A stretch of DNA of 25,864 nucleotides from Octopus sinensis (lineage: Eukaryota), in assembly GCF_006345805.1 (NCBI RefSeq), contig NW_021836199.1:1-25864 (forward strand), written 5' to 3'. The position numbers were made by a program, and so were the translations under genes. This document shows, one piece after another, positions 1 to 11,694 of this stretch. Positions within the stretch are counted from its first letter, which is position 1. Every line of letters begins with the position of its first letter. The notes under the pieces are model-generated. The model searched no databases. It was not told the DNA's origin and saw only the letters and a program-made list of their open reading frames with translations.

Positions 1-917
1 CATTATTATTATCATCATCATCATTATTATTATTATTATTATTATCATCTTTAACATGACCAACATCATTATTTAAACGCAGTTTCCACACGAGTGTCTG
101 CAGAAGATTTACATACACACACACACACACATACACACACACATATATATATACGCACACACACACATATACGCACATACACACGCGCGCGCGCGCACGA
201 AAAGAAAGGCAGACAGGCTGACAGGTAGGCAGGCTGACAAGCAGACAAACCGACAGACAAACAGTGAAAATAGAAAAGAGAACTAATTTGCATCATATTT
301 TATATTCGCCTTGAAGATTTCAAAGAACTTGTTGGTATTATTAACTCCTGTCATCTTGATAGACAATTCATTTTCATTCATCTTCGTTTCCCACGACATT
401 TGTTTGAACTTGTTCTTCCATTTTCTATCTAATACTTTATAACATCTTTTGTGAATTGCGTATATTGTTTCCCCTACTGTTCGTTTTTATCTTCTTCTTT
501 TTTTCTCTCTGATCAAGGAAAGACATCACAGATGGAAAAACAAGATTAAAATTTCGAGAGGTGCGTCATATTTCTAAAAGCCTGTCACAAAGATATGATA
601 TCTGTCTTTTTGAAAAATTGTACGTAATAAAGCATTCGACCACAAATGTTTCTGAAGACAACCGTAGAAAGAGCTCAAGAAAAATAGTTTTGTCAGACAG
701 TAGGTAACCCATTTTATTCTTTAGTCAAGAAGAAGTCAATGTCCTTGATGCTCTACAGGGCCTCTGAGACTGGTGGGTGGGAAGAAGAGAGGGGGCCGAG
801 ACGAAGATATCCTTAAGAGAGAACATGGCTTGAATGCCTGCAATAGAGTGATCTTTGCTAAAGGTCCCTTATGTACTGAAAGGCTAGGTAAGAATCATTC
901 TTTGCTTCAGTGAAATG

Positions 918-1150
918 CCGCTTGGTATAGACATGTATTCCGCCACTACTCCATAACCAAAACCATTCTTCAGAGACACAGCTAGAAGAAAGCGAAAAAG
1001 ACAATAAAAATCCTGGTCTGGCATCAAGGACTGGACGGGTTTAAATACTGCAGTCTTTTCTGCGCATGACGAAGGACAGGGGTCAGTGGCGATTTCTGAT
1101 TGCCTGAGCATCTACTATGGTACTCACAACAATTGGCGCTGCTAGTCACC
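918..1150 (+). mobile_element. Degraded 3' fragment of an RTE-clade LINE (ORF C-terminus)
   Basis: Manual translation across frameshifts gives AWYRHVFRHYSITKTILQ ... IKDWTGLN ... MTKDRGQWRFLIA, matching the WFGHV.RH...KTILQG...IKEWT...DR..WR pattern of RTE ORF ends; followed by (GTT)n. Confidence 0.6.
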
Positions 1151-1151
1151 G

Positions 1152-1277
1152 GTTGTTGTTGTTGCTCCTGCTACTGCTGCTTCTGTTGCTGTTGTTGTTG
1201 TTGTTGTTGTTGTTGTAGTAGTAGTAGTAGTAGTAGTAGTTGTTGTTGTTGTTGTTGTTGTTGTAGTCGTTGTTGTT
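1152..1277. repeat. Compound (GTT)n/(GCT)/(GTA)n microsatellite; on the minus strand the (CAA)n tail of the adjacent RTE
   Basis: Directly visible. Confidence 0.95.
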
Positions 1278-1430
1278 ATGGCCGAGTTCCAACCCGGTCC
1301 GCAGGAACAAAGTCCACTTGCCACACTTCTTGGTCCATCATCACTGCGAATTCCAGGCCTGTGATGATTGTTGCTGGTGCCTTCTACGGTCTTTGCCGGT
1401 CTATGGTGAAACCGAGGTCTTTGTCACTGT
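1278..1430 (-). mobile_element. RTE-clade LINE, distal piece (end of RT region fused to ORF C-terminus)
   Basis: Minus translation SDKDLGFTIDRQRP*KAPATIITGLEFA then VMMDQEVWQVDFVPADRVGTRP* and a (CAA)n tail. It continues the 1831-2271 fragment across the SINE. Confidence 0.65.
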
Positions 1431-1640
1431 TATTCTTTAATTCTTTTACTTGTTTCAGTCATTTGACTGCAGCCATACTGGAGCACCACCTTTAGTCGAA
1501 CAAATCGACCCAGGACTTATTCTCTGTAAGCCTAGTACTTATTCTATCGAAACCTTTTGCCGAACCGGTAAGTTACGGGGAGATAAATACACTAACATCG
1601 GTTGTCACGCGATGGTGAGAGGACAAACACAGACACACAA

Positions 1641-1673
<33 letters not shown>

Positions 1674-1830
1674 CGACGGGCTTCTTTCAGTTTCCGTCTA
1701 CCAAATCCACTCACAAGGCTTTGGTCGACCCGAAGCTATAATAGAAGACACTTGCCCAAGGTTCTATGCAGTAGGACTGGACCCGGAATCATGTGGTTTG
1801 GAAGCTAGATTCTTACCAGACAGCCACTCC
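1431..1830 (-). mobile_element. tRNA-derived SINE, family A (internal CA/TA microsatellite), inserted into the RTE RT region
   Basis: Minus head GGAGTGGCTGTCTGG (A-box-like) and CCGGGTCCAGTCC (B-box-like); CTTGGGCAAGTGTCTTC body; homologous to 14153-14580 and 20325-20785. Confidence 0.85.
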
Positions 1831-2271
1831 ATCTATAGCCTGCTGTATTGCACAATCCAGTACAGTTGTAAACAAAGGTCGTGCAAACTTATCTCCTGAT
1901 AGCACCCTAGCTGGTATTTGAAAAAAAATCCGTTTCTCCATCAGATGACAACACACGAGCTCTGGTCTTCTCATAGGTTTTTGCAATGGCAAGAACTAGT
2001 TCTTCTGGAATGCCGTATGCTCGAAGGATCTTCAATCTTTTGTAATGATGGATGCTGTCAAACGCTTTGCTGAAGTCCACAAAGGTTATAATAGCGAGTA
2101 GCTGTCTTGATTTAACTCTTTCTGTGATATGTCTCAGAGTTAAGATCTAAGATTTGGATCTCCCTGGTCTAAATCAATTTTGATTTGTCTTAGATGGCCA
2201 TCAAGCACCGGTTGAATCTTGTTGAGGAATATTCGGCTGATGAGTTTGAGTGAGATACTGGACAGTGCAAT
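1831..2271 (-). pseudogene. RTE-clade reverse transcriptase fragment (degraded)
   Basis: Manual translation IALSSISLKLISRIFLNKIQPVLDGHLR ... ILTLRHITERVKSRQLLAIITFVDFSKAFDSIHH ... KILRAYGIPEELVLAIAKTYEKTRARVLSSDGETDFF ... LFTTVLDCAIQQAID; clear F.DF.KAFDS motif. Confidence 0.9.
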
Positions 2272-2710
2272 GACGATGATGATTATGGTGATGATGGTGA
2301 TGGTACTGATGATGGTTGTGGTGGAGGTGGCAGGGAGGAAAAGAAGAAGGAAGAGGAAAAGGAGAAAGAGGAGGAAAAGAGAAGGAGGAGAAACAGGGGA
2401 ATGATAATGATATTAGTGGTGACGATGATGATGATGATAATGACAACGACGATGACGACGACAACGACGATGCTGGTGGTGATGGTGGTGGTGGTAATGG
2501 TACTGATGATGGTAGTGGTGGAGGTGGCGAGGAGTAAAAGGAGAAGGAGGAGGAACGGGGGAAATGATAATGATATTAGTGGTGACGATGATGGTGATGA
2601 TAATGACAACGATGATGACGACGACGACGACGATGGTGGTGGTGATGGTGGTGATGGTGGTGGTGGTGGTGGTGGTCGTTGTGGTCGTCGTCGTCGTCAC
2701 CATCATCATG
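2272..2710. repeat. Compound GAT/GAC/GGT/GA-rich low-complexity tract containing an imperfect tandem duplication
   Basis: GGTACTGATGATGG at 2302 and 2499; ATGATAATGATATTAGTGGTGACGAT at 2401 and 2564. Confidence 0.85.
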
Positions 2711-2865
2711 TCTAGGTTGATGACAATGAAGACAGTGTTTCGATGAGCTAATACAACATACACATCGTTCATTGAAAATACAGCAACCAAGTCTCCTTCA
2801 AATGCATCCGAGACGCCATCACAACACATGTATCATATAAATAGTTCCTATTACTTACCTTCTCT

Positions 2866-3086
2866 GGCGGCGAGTTGACAGAACCGTTAGCACGCCGGGC
2901 GAAATGCGTAGCCACATTTCGTCTGCCGTTACGTTGTGAGTTCAAATTCCGCCGAGGTCGACTTTGCCTTTCATCCTTTCGGGGTCGATAAATTAAGTAC
3001 CAGTTACGCAGTGGGGTCTATGTAATTGACTTAATCCCTTTGTCTGTCCCCTCTATGTTTAGCCCCTTGTGGGCAATAAAGAAATA
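2866..3086 (+). mobile_element. Full-length tRNA-derived SINE, family B, with a perfect 10-bp TSD
   Basis: GGCGGCGAGTTGACAGAACCGTTAG head (A-box-like), GAGTTCAAATTCC B-box, central GTCGACTTTGCCTTTCATCCTTTCGGGGTCGATAAA domain, ends AATAAAGAAATA. TSD TACCTTCTCT at 2856-2865 and 3087-3096. Confidence 0.92.
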
Positions 3087-3656
3087 TACCTTCTCTAGTC
3101 ATGAACTCAGCGCCTCAAATTCGCTATAAATCACAACTCTTACAATTTCTGATTGCACTTCATGGTTTCCATTTCTAGGAACCAGAAAATATTTCACTCT
3201 ACGAGTGTGAACACCCTATGAAACTCAAGTAACATCACCATTGTGACGAAACAGTGCCGATGTTACTATACACACAAATATCTGAAACTATGCAAACAAG
3301 ATCATTTGATGGCAAATTAATACATATATATATATATATAATTAACAGAATGTGATAAAAAATCCAAAGCTGTGAAGGATTTCAGAACATTTATAAAGTG
3401 AAAGTCTAACAGCTGTTTCCGGGATATTTTATATATCTCTTCATCGGGGACGGTGTGAGAAAATCGTAGGGCAATAGTTAATTTAGATAAGATATGAAAT
3501 AGAGAGTGAAGTGGAGGAATGAAAATAGACGTGAGATTTTCAGGGATATTGTATCTGCAGTTCCATTATTTAGGCAGAATGGTATATACATATGTGCGTG
3601 TGTGTGTGTGTATGAATGTACGTATGTATATGTATATGTATACACATACACACACA

Positions 3657-4277
3657 TACGAGAGTCGATTGAAAAGTTCAAAGGCTAACAAACATATTCT
3701 CATGGAATGTGACAAAATGAAGTGAATCCGTTCAACACAGTCCTCTTAGCGGTTCACACCCTTCTTCCATCGGTCTTGCAGTGCTTAGATCCCAGATTTC
3801 ATCCTGTTGGTCAAAATAGCCATCAACAGCAGATATGACGTCATCATCACTGCAATGCTGCTTCCCAGCCGTCTTTCCATGTTGGGGAATAGATGATAGT
3901 CAGTTGGAGCCAAATCAGGAGCATAGGAACGGTGATCAAGCAGTTCAAAGACACAGTTACGCACAGAAGCTATTGAAACCAAGGATTTGTGTGCCAGAGT
4001 ATTGTCCTTATTAAACAGGACCCGTCTCGTCAGCTTTTCCGAATATTTGGTCATGATAGCTTTCGTAACTGCATCAAAAAGTTGGTGTAGTACTCTCCAT
4101 TGACAGCGTGGCCATTTTGAAGATAGTCAGAAAAACACAATGACTTTTGCATCTCAAAAAACTGAGGCCATCAGCGTCCCTGCAGATGAAACAAGTTTAG
4201 CTTTTGGGGGAAAAGTTGAGGAGAGGTGTTTTCACTCCACAGATTGTCTCTTTCTCACTGGCTCAGTGATGAACCAT
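3657..4277 (-). mobile_element. Mariner (Tc1/mariner) transposon remnant: catalytic C-terminal half of transposase plus 3' TIR
   Basis: Translation (W)VHH ... KRQSVE*KH ... PKAKLVSSAGTLMASVF*DAK ... DYLQNGHAVNGEYYTNFLMQLRKAI ... VLFNKDNTLAHKS ... LLDHRSYAPDLAPTDYHLFPNM ... RWKKGVNR (YSPDL-like motif). TIR-like TACGAGAGTCGATTGAAAAGTTC begins with TA at 3657. Confidence 0.9.
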
Positions 4278-4500
4278 AATTGAATAAGTAAATACAATAA
4301 TGCAGAATCCTTGTCCGGTACCAGATTGATCCCAAAATATAATCAGTTCGTGCCAGTCACGAGGCCAAACATCCCTGAATGTTTCATCGGAATCCATCCA
4401 ACGGTTCTTCAGATATCTTGTCCACGGACAAACAAACAAACAAACGAACAAACATGATTGAAAACGATACCTCCGCCTTCGTTATGGCGGCGATAATAAG
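4278..4500 (+). mobile_element. Probable non-autonomous Helentron-type (HINE/DINE-1-like) element end
   Basis: TTTCATCGGAATCCATCCAACGGTTC, (ACAA)n at ~4428-4452, terminal stem CCGCC(4473-4477)/GGCGG(4486-4490), then ATAATAA. Class assignment is from recalled architecture. Confidence 0.45.
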
Positions 4501-4699
4501 AGATACAATAACGTTGAATGATATAACTGAGGACCTGATAAAATGTCTAATCACATCAACTTTCTTTTTCCTACTCTCTCTAACTTACCGTCTGATTACT
4601 TACTATCTTATTATTTACCTGTCGTTCTATATCTACGTATGACTGTGTGAGCACCTGTATGGATAACTGCACCTATATCATAATGTACATATTTACGTG

Positions 4700-5335
<636 letters not shown>

Positions 5336-5819
5336 TATATGATGTTGAAGGCATCTTCGTCAGGATTAACATTAACAACAGACACAAATAATAAAACATT
5401 TTCATACAATTAACCGAGCCATACAAACACACATCATCACATTACAAATCACATAACAGCAAAACACAAACACATATACGACAATAACAACAACAACAAC
5501 AACAGCATTGTCAACCTGCCTCCCTCTTTCTCTCTCTCCCCCTCCCCCTCGCCACTTTAATTCCAAACATCTACAATAACATCAACAACGCTATCTGCCT
5601 TCATCAATATCCCGTCATAAGCTCTACTCTAAACACCAAGCACCAAAACTACAAGCAACAACAACAGCAACAGCAAGAACGACTGAAGTTAGTCTTGTAA
5701 TAATATAAGTTTAAAAGCCTCTCAGTTTGACTCGGAAAATTTAAAATAAATAGAAATAGAAATATGAAGAAAGAAAAGTAAAAACACACTTACAAGAAAA
5801 ACAAAACAAAATGTATTTA

Positions 5820-5821
5820 AA

Positions 5822-5881
<60 letters not shown>

Positions 5882-5951
5882 ATATATATATATATATCTA
5901 TATATATATATAGCAAGAAAGAAAGAGAAAGAGAGACAGAGAAGTAGAGGA

Positions 5952-5987
<36 letters not shown>

Positions 5988-6537
5988 AGCTTAAAGGAAT
6001 AAGGTTGCAAAAAGAAAATAGTAAAATGGCGTCTTCTCTATTGCAAAAGCGACTAATGACAGCACGCTGGGAGCTTTTAGAAGCATAATATACACCAGCA
6101 CACCTCTACACCCATATACATATATACATGTGTGTGTGTGTGTGTCTTATTCACTGCACACACACATATGCACATGAGTATATATCACTGTATATAATAT
6201 ATATAGACATATACTTATATATATATACACATAGATATATGCATATATGTATATATACATATATGCATATATTCATATATACATATATATGTATATAGTA
6301 TATATGTATGTATATATATATATATATATAATATATATATATGTGTGTGTGTGTGTGTGTATGTGTATGTATGTATGTGTGTGTCTGTGCATAGATACAT
6401 AGAATGGCAAAAAGTTAGACAGATATATATTACAAAGAACTTTACTGTATATGTATGCACATGTATACATACACACGTAGACCTTTGTATGCGTTTCTAT
6501 GTGTGTTAATGAGTAAAAGCATGTGTGTGTGTATATT

Positions 6538-6610
<73 letters not shown>
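5820..6610. repeat. (TA)n, (GA)n, (TG)n microsatellite cluster
   Basis: Directly visible. Confidence 0.9.
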
Positions 6611-6613
<3 letters not shown>

Positions 6614-7364
6614 CACACACAATGTTACATTCTTATTTTTGTTTGTTTGTGTGTATCTACACAGATCTAAAAATAACATCCATTATAAAGTATATTGGAG
6701 AAAATATTGAATCTGGGTATAAGAAAAAGAAAAGTAAGAATGAAAAAAGGAATGGAAGAAAGAAAGAAAGAAAGAAACAAATAAAATTAAAAGACATGTC
6801 CCAGAAGTCGTCGGCAGTCTGCGATGATAGCTCGAACTCAGAACTAGAACACAACCGATACGGCAGAAACAAAGAACGGTCGGGTGGTGATGTGGTAGGA
6901 CGGTGTCATATTGCCTGTCGTTCGACGGTAGTGGTGTAGTGTAGCACGGTATGGTATGACGTATATGTGTGAGTGGGTTAGTGATTGAGAGAAGAAGAGG
7001 TGATGTGTGTATGTGTGTGTGTATGTGGCTGTGTCAGTGGTTGGAGTAGGGCGGTAATTTTGAAGTTGAATTCATTAAGTTGCTAAAGTGAATTCTTAGG
7101 AATAATTGAATTATTGGTTCGGGATAAAAATCAAATACTTACATCAACAGCGTTCTTTGACTCATTAAGTGGGGCTAGAGATTGGAAGTGGATGGTGGGG
7201 AGGATGTCAGAAAGGAAATAGAAAGGAAAAGAAAAAACATGATAGAAGTTAAACGTAAATAGAAAGGAGAAAAGGGTGACTGAATGAAAAGGAGGTGCTG
7301 ATGACGATAAGCGAAACGAAATGAAGCTATTTTCAGAAAAACTTGAAATAATGATAATAATAGT

Positions 7365-7577
7365 TCTCTCTAATTTTGACACAAGGCCAGCAGTTTTTAG
7401 GGGTGGGTGAAGTCAATTACATCGACTCCAGGGTTCATCTGGTTCTTATTTTATCGATTCCGAAGGTTGAAAGGCTAAGTCGATCACGACAGAATTAGAA
7501 CTCAGAACGAAAAGACGAACGAGGTGTAGCTAAGTATTTTATCCGGCGTGCTAACGATTCTGCCAGTCCCTGCCTTA
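7365..7577 (-). mobile_element. Diverged family B SINE; a second short 3'-end fragment follows at ~7590-7631
   Basis: CGGCGTGCTAACGATTCTGCCAG head on plus and TTATCGATTCCGAAGGTTGAAAGGCTAAGTCGA central domain; CACAAGGCC-type 3' end. Confidence 0.8.
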
Positions 7578-7631
7578 ATAATGATAATAATCATTTCCGC
7601 TATAGGAACAAGGCCTAAAACTTTGGCGGGA

Positions 7632-10245
7632 GCAAAGGAAGGTGGTGGAACGATCTTCTCAATGGACTCAGCTGATTACTATATCCGCCCAATACAACAG
7701 CAGGTGTTGAGCCTAACTCCACCAGTCAGCAGTACTCGGGCACTGAGCGAGTGCGTGATGAAGGGTTTCATCGCTCTGCACAGTTTTCGCAAAAAGGCCC
7801 AACTGATGGCATTTCCGTACATGTAGAGTTTATCTCGAACCAAAAATATCCCCTAGTAGCACGGATTTCTGGAAATTATCCATGAACTCAGCCTAAAACT
7901 CTTCTGGAACAGACCAACCAGCTGATTTTCATTGACGCCCAGAGTTTCCCCGAGAACGTCGCTTTTGCCTTTCACAAATCCGCTATAAAACCCTGACGTG
8001 GAACTTCCACTAACAGCATTGCCCGATGATTAGAGAGCTTGACATTTCAGATGGTAAACACCTTGTCTCGATCTTTGCTTGACCCAGGAATGCAGCTTTG
8101 TCAAAGAAACGAGATGTAGGAAAATGCGTCTGACAAACGGTAACCACTATTGTTTACCGTCAAAGAATTGTGTTAGTTGTTGCAGCCTCAGCACAGCCTG
8201 CGCATCATCAATCACAATATGCCCAGTCCCTCAGTCAGCGGGTGTTGGCAGAAAATAGAGCACCTGCCCAGTGGAACACGTCCCTTTCAAAGAAAGCAGA
8301 AAAGCAGAGACTCCGGTCTGGTCAGACGTGAAATGAAACAAGGCAAGACGGCCAAGTGATGATAGGTGACGGAGGCGATGTAGGCGTTCGCACCTTTGCA
8401 TGAACTTTCAGGGATAGCTTTCTCTAGACCCATTTCTGGGTGAAGACTAGCTACCCTGTTCGTCACCTCGCCTCATTTTTTCTCTACTTATAGATCTGAA
8501 CAAAATCAAGCCAGACACCGGGTAATTTAACTGGTACGACCGTCCAGCATCCCAGAGACACTGTTTTGACGACACCCTGAGCTGTAGATTCACTGACTTT
8601 TCATGATTAATTTTGTTTCCTATCAGTGCATCGTAATCTCTCAGATGATACAAAAACACTTCATCGTGTCTGTTGACTGAAACTATTACATACTCATATG
8701 TCGACATGGATCTTTCAGATCTTCGTTCACGCAGGATACCTGTCAATCAAAAGCTTTCAATATGAAAGCTTTTGATTGATCTAAAATGATCAGAACCCCA
8801 CCTATGCCAGGTTCGTCTTCACCCTCTTTATGATGCAGAGCATTAGGTGAAATTTTTTATGGATAAATCTGTTTGGTGCACACAACCAATCAGAATACTG
8901 ACGACAAATACCAACCATTTTGCTAACAACTTGGCCTAAATTTTGAAACGTTAAAAAAATTATAGGTGCAAAACTTGTGAGTGGACCATCTAAACCAGAC
9001 GATTTGCCCCTGGTACAGATATCCATTGCTTCCCGTATGTCAGTGGCTGTTATTGGATTTTCACTCCGCTGCCGTTGAGAGTCGCAGCAGGCTGTTGATG
9101 TAGGCATTGTTATCCGGTCTTTTGAATTCCTCTTCTATTTGTGCTTCACACATTTTCGAAGTACCTGCAATATGCCGTTCCAATCCCCCATTATCACTAA
9201 AATGAGAACCTTTCCCATGTAAGACTTCAGCTGCATAAAGAAATCCACCCGTCTCATCCTTGTCGAGGTGTCCATAACCATTAGTTGAAAGATATGACCT
9301 TAGCTGCTGGTTACGTCCAGCACCACCAACTTGCTCCCTGGGTCCAGGAAGTCTGTATTGCGAAATCCAGCAATTCCAAAACAATACCGAGACTCCACCT
9401 CCTGGTCCCGTACAACCTGGAGATATGAACACCTCTAACTGCCGAAGGTGGCAACGAAGGCACGTTCCTCGAAGATTCTGATCACACTGCCGACTTTCAT
9501 ATTTATGTCTAATGGCCTGAGGTTGTTCAGCAAGTAATCTTCCTTACAAGACGATCCCAGACCACGTGTAATCGCAGTAACAATTCTGAGTAAGGCCATA
9601 TTAGTTGATAAAGTGAAAAGTGAGAAGGATTACTTACCTTATTCTTGAGAAAGGACAATCTGCCCTGCTTTCTAATAGTGGGTGTTTCCACCAGTAATTT
9701 CTTATATACTCTTTGATCTCGGAAAGCTATTCCATCGGGATATTTTGCTTTTACTCAGTTGTAAGTTCCTTATGTTGTATCCTAAGACTTCTACTTGTGT
9801 TGGTATGTCATTTGTTGATGCGATAATGTTTGTATGTTGATGTATATAGTTCCTTAATTCTTTGTTGTTTCTGTCAAAGGCTCCAATCGTTTGTTTGGTG
9901 TACATTAACCTGTATTTGTCTCCGTCTGTGGCGTTTGCAGTAGCGTTTGTTGATTCTGTCCAAGGTGGTAGTGTGAGTTGATGTTAATATTGTATTCCCT
10001 TCAAGTCTTCTCCCTTCAAATCTCACGACTTGTGAGACTAAATTTGTTTTGCCATTTTTCTTTCTTTTCTCTCCCTTCTTACCAGAACATTCTCGATTAT
10101 AAGATCTTTGTAGCTCTTATTTCATGAGATACCTGAGTGATCTGAAGATTCTGCTGCTAATTCTGGCGATGTTGTTCCTGTTCTTGTTCTTGTTCTTGTT
10201 CTTGTTCTTGTTGTTCTTGTTGTTCTTGTTGTTCTTGTTGCCAAA
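7632..10245 (-). mobile_element. Old, internally deleted Tx1/L1-clade LINE (ORF1 tail plus ORF2 remnants; ORF2 ATG at 9599)
   Basis: Segments align by eye with the 21757-25180 ORF2: MALLRIVTAITRGLGSSCKEDYLLNNL, KLVVLDV, MGDWN, PITATDIREAMDICTRGKSSGLDG, LDQSKAF, LRDYDALIGNKINHEKSV, RKLSLK, AYIASVTYHHL, CQHPLTEGLG, MDNFQKS, RDKLY, DETLHHALAQCP. Many stops and frameshifts; the YADD motif is degenerate. The 5' limit is approximate. Confidence 0.85.
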
Positions 10246-10797
10246 ATAAATATTGAATAATTAAATATGCTAATGTTGTTTGATCAGTGGAAACACGAAA
10301 CTTAGAGTAACAGTATTTACATTATTTACATTCGACGGATATTTGTCCTCATCTTGTTTGTTGCTATACCCTCCAGCCTTCATCAGGTGTCTTGGGTAAA
10401 TTTCGAACCTGGGTTCTTATTCCTAAGGTATTTTTCGATTGTTAAACGTTGTGTTAATTTACACAGTTGTACTGTAGACGGCTGTGCCTTTAGTAAACAA
10501 TATATATTTTATGCACAGCCTAGCGTGAGTCAGTTGTATTGCACTAAATTTGAATATTATAAAACTATTAGCTTTGACATACATATATTTCTGTGTGTGC
10601 TCGCGCGTGTGTTTGTGTCTAGTCATCAGCATACATGATGTATGTACACTGTCGATAGGCTATTTACTTCAGTATTTGTCCCGAGATAACATCCCTCATG
10701 GACTCACTGTTAAAAACCAATAAAAATCAGAGAAATTTGAAAATTAGTCCCAATCGTGGCTAGCGAGAGCACCAGATACACATTGGGTTTCTTTATT

Positions 10798-10831
<34 letters not shown>

Positions 10832-10904
10832 TGTATGTATGTATGTATGTATGTATGTATGTATGTATGTATATGTATGTATGTATATATATATATATAT
10901 ATGA

Positions 10905-10955
<51 letters not shown>

Positions 10956-10956
<1 letters not shown>

Positions 10957-11462
10957 GTTATTATTCAGTTTTATTTCAAGGTTTCTTGCCAATAGAGAAA
11001 GAGCCAGCTTCTAACCCAAGGCTCTTTCAATGGAACTTCAACGACATCGACATGATATTTTTGTATGTATGTATATGCGCAGATTTGTATGTTTTGTTTT
11101 ATGTATGGTTTCTCATGCATATAGTAGCATATCTAGACATGCTCTAGAAATGATAAATTCCCGGAAAGTTTTGCAGATTTTTACAGTTCTAGTGATGGCA
11201 TGGATTTGTAGTCTTCGAATCAGCTTTCTAGGTTCTGGTTTTGAGAAGCTTAATTTCTCGAGATTGGTATTTAGGCAGCGTGTTACATAGCCCAGTAACA
11301 TGATCTTGTAATCTGGATAGAGTAACTACAATTTTTTCTATAATTCAGCGTAGGTATTTTTCTTTCGCTGATCTTTAGCTTTATATTAATATCCGCTGGG
11401 CAGCTGATTCCCACAACTGTACACAGTGTCTCTTCTCTATCCAAATCATTATGTCAGGTCTA
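10956..11462 (-). mobile_element. 3' fragment of an RLE-type (R2 superfamily, R4/Dong-like) non-LTR retrotransposon, copy 1
   Basis: Same sequence as copy 2 below; ends AAATAAAACTGAATAATAAC followed by (TACA)n. Confidence 0.75.
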
Positions 11463-11642
11463 ATGTATGTATGTATGTATGTATGTATGTATGTATGTAT
11501 GTATGTATGTATGTATGTATGTATGTATGCATGCATGCATGTATGTATGTATGTATGTATGTATGTATGTATGTATGTATGTATGTGTATGTATGTATGT
11601 ATGTATGTATATGTATGTATGTATATATATATATATATATGA

Positions 11643-11693
<51 letters not shown>

Positions 11694-11694
<1 letters not shown>

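Noticed and set aside
3345-3480. Possible Penelope-like terminal repeat remnant
   Set aside because: Resemblance is from memory only, with no coding support here.
5488-5700. PolyQ-containing open frame ending QQQQQQQERLKLVL*
   Set aside because: No ATG or clear acceptor site; low complexity explains the open frame.
6022-6090. AAAATGGCG (YY1/Kozak-like) start; also at ~15906
   Set aside because: It leads only to very short ORFs, and a 9-mer alone is not evidence of a promoter.
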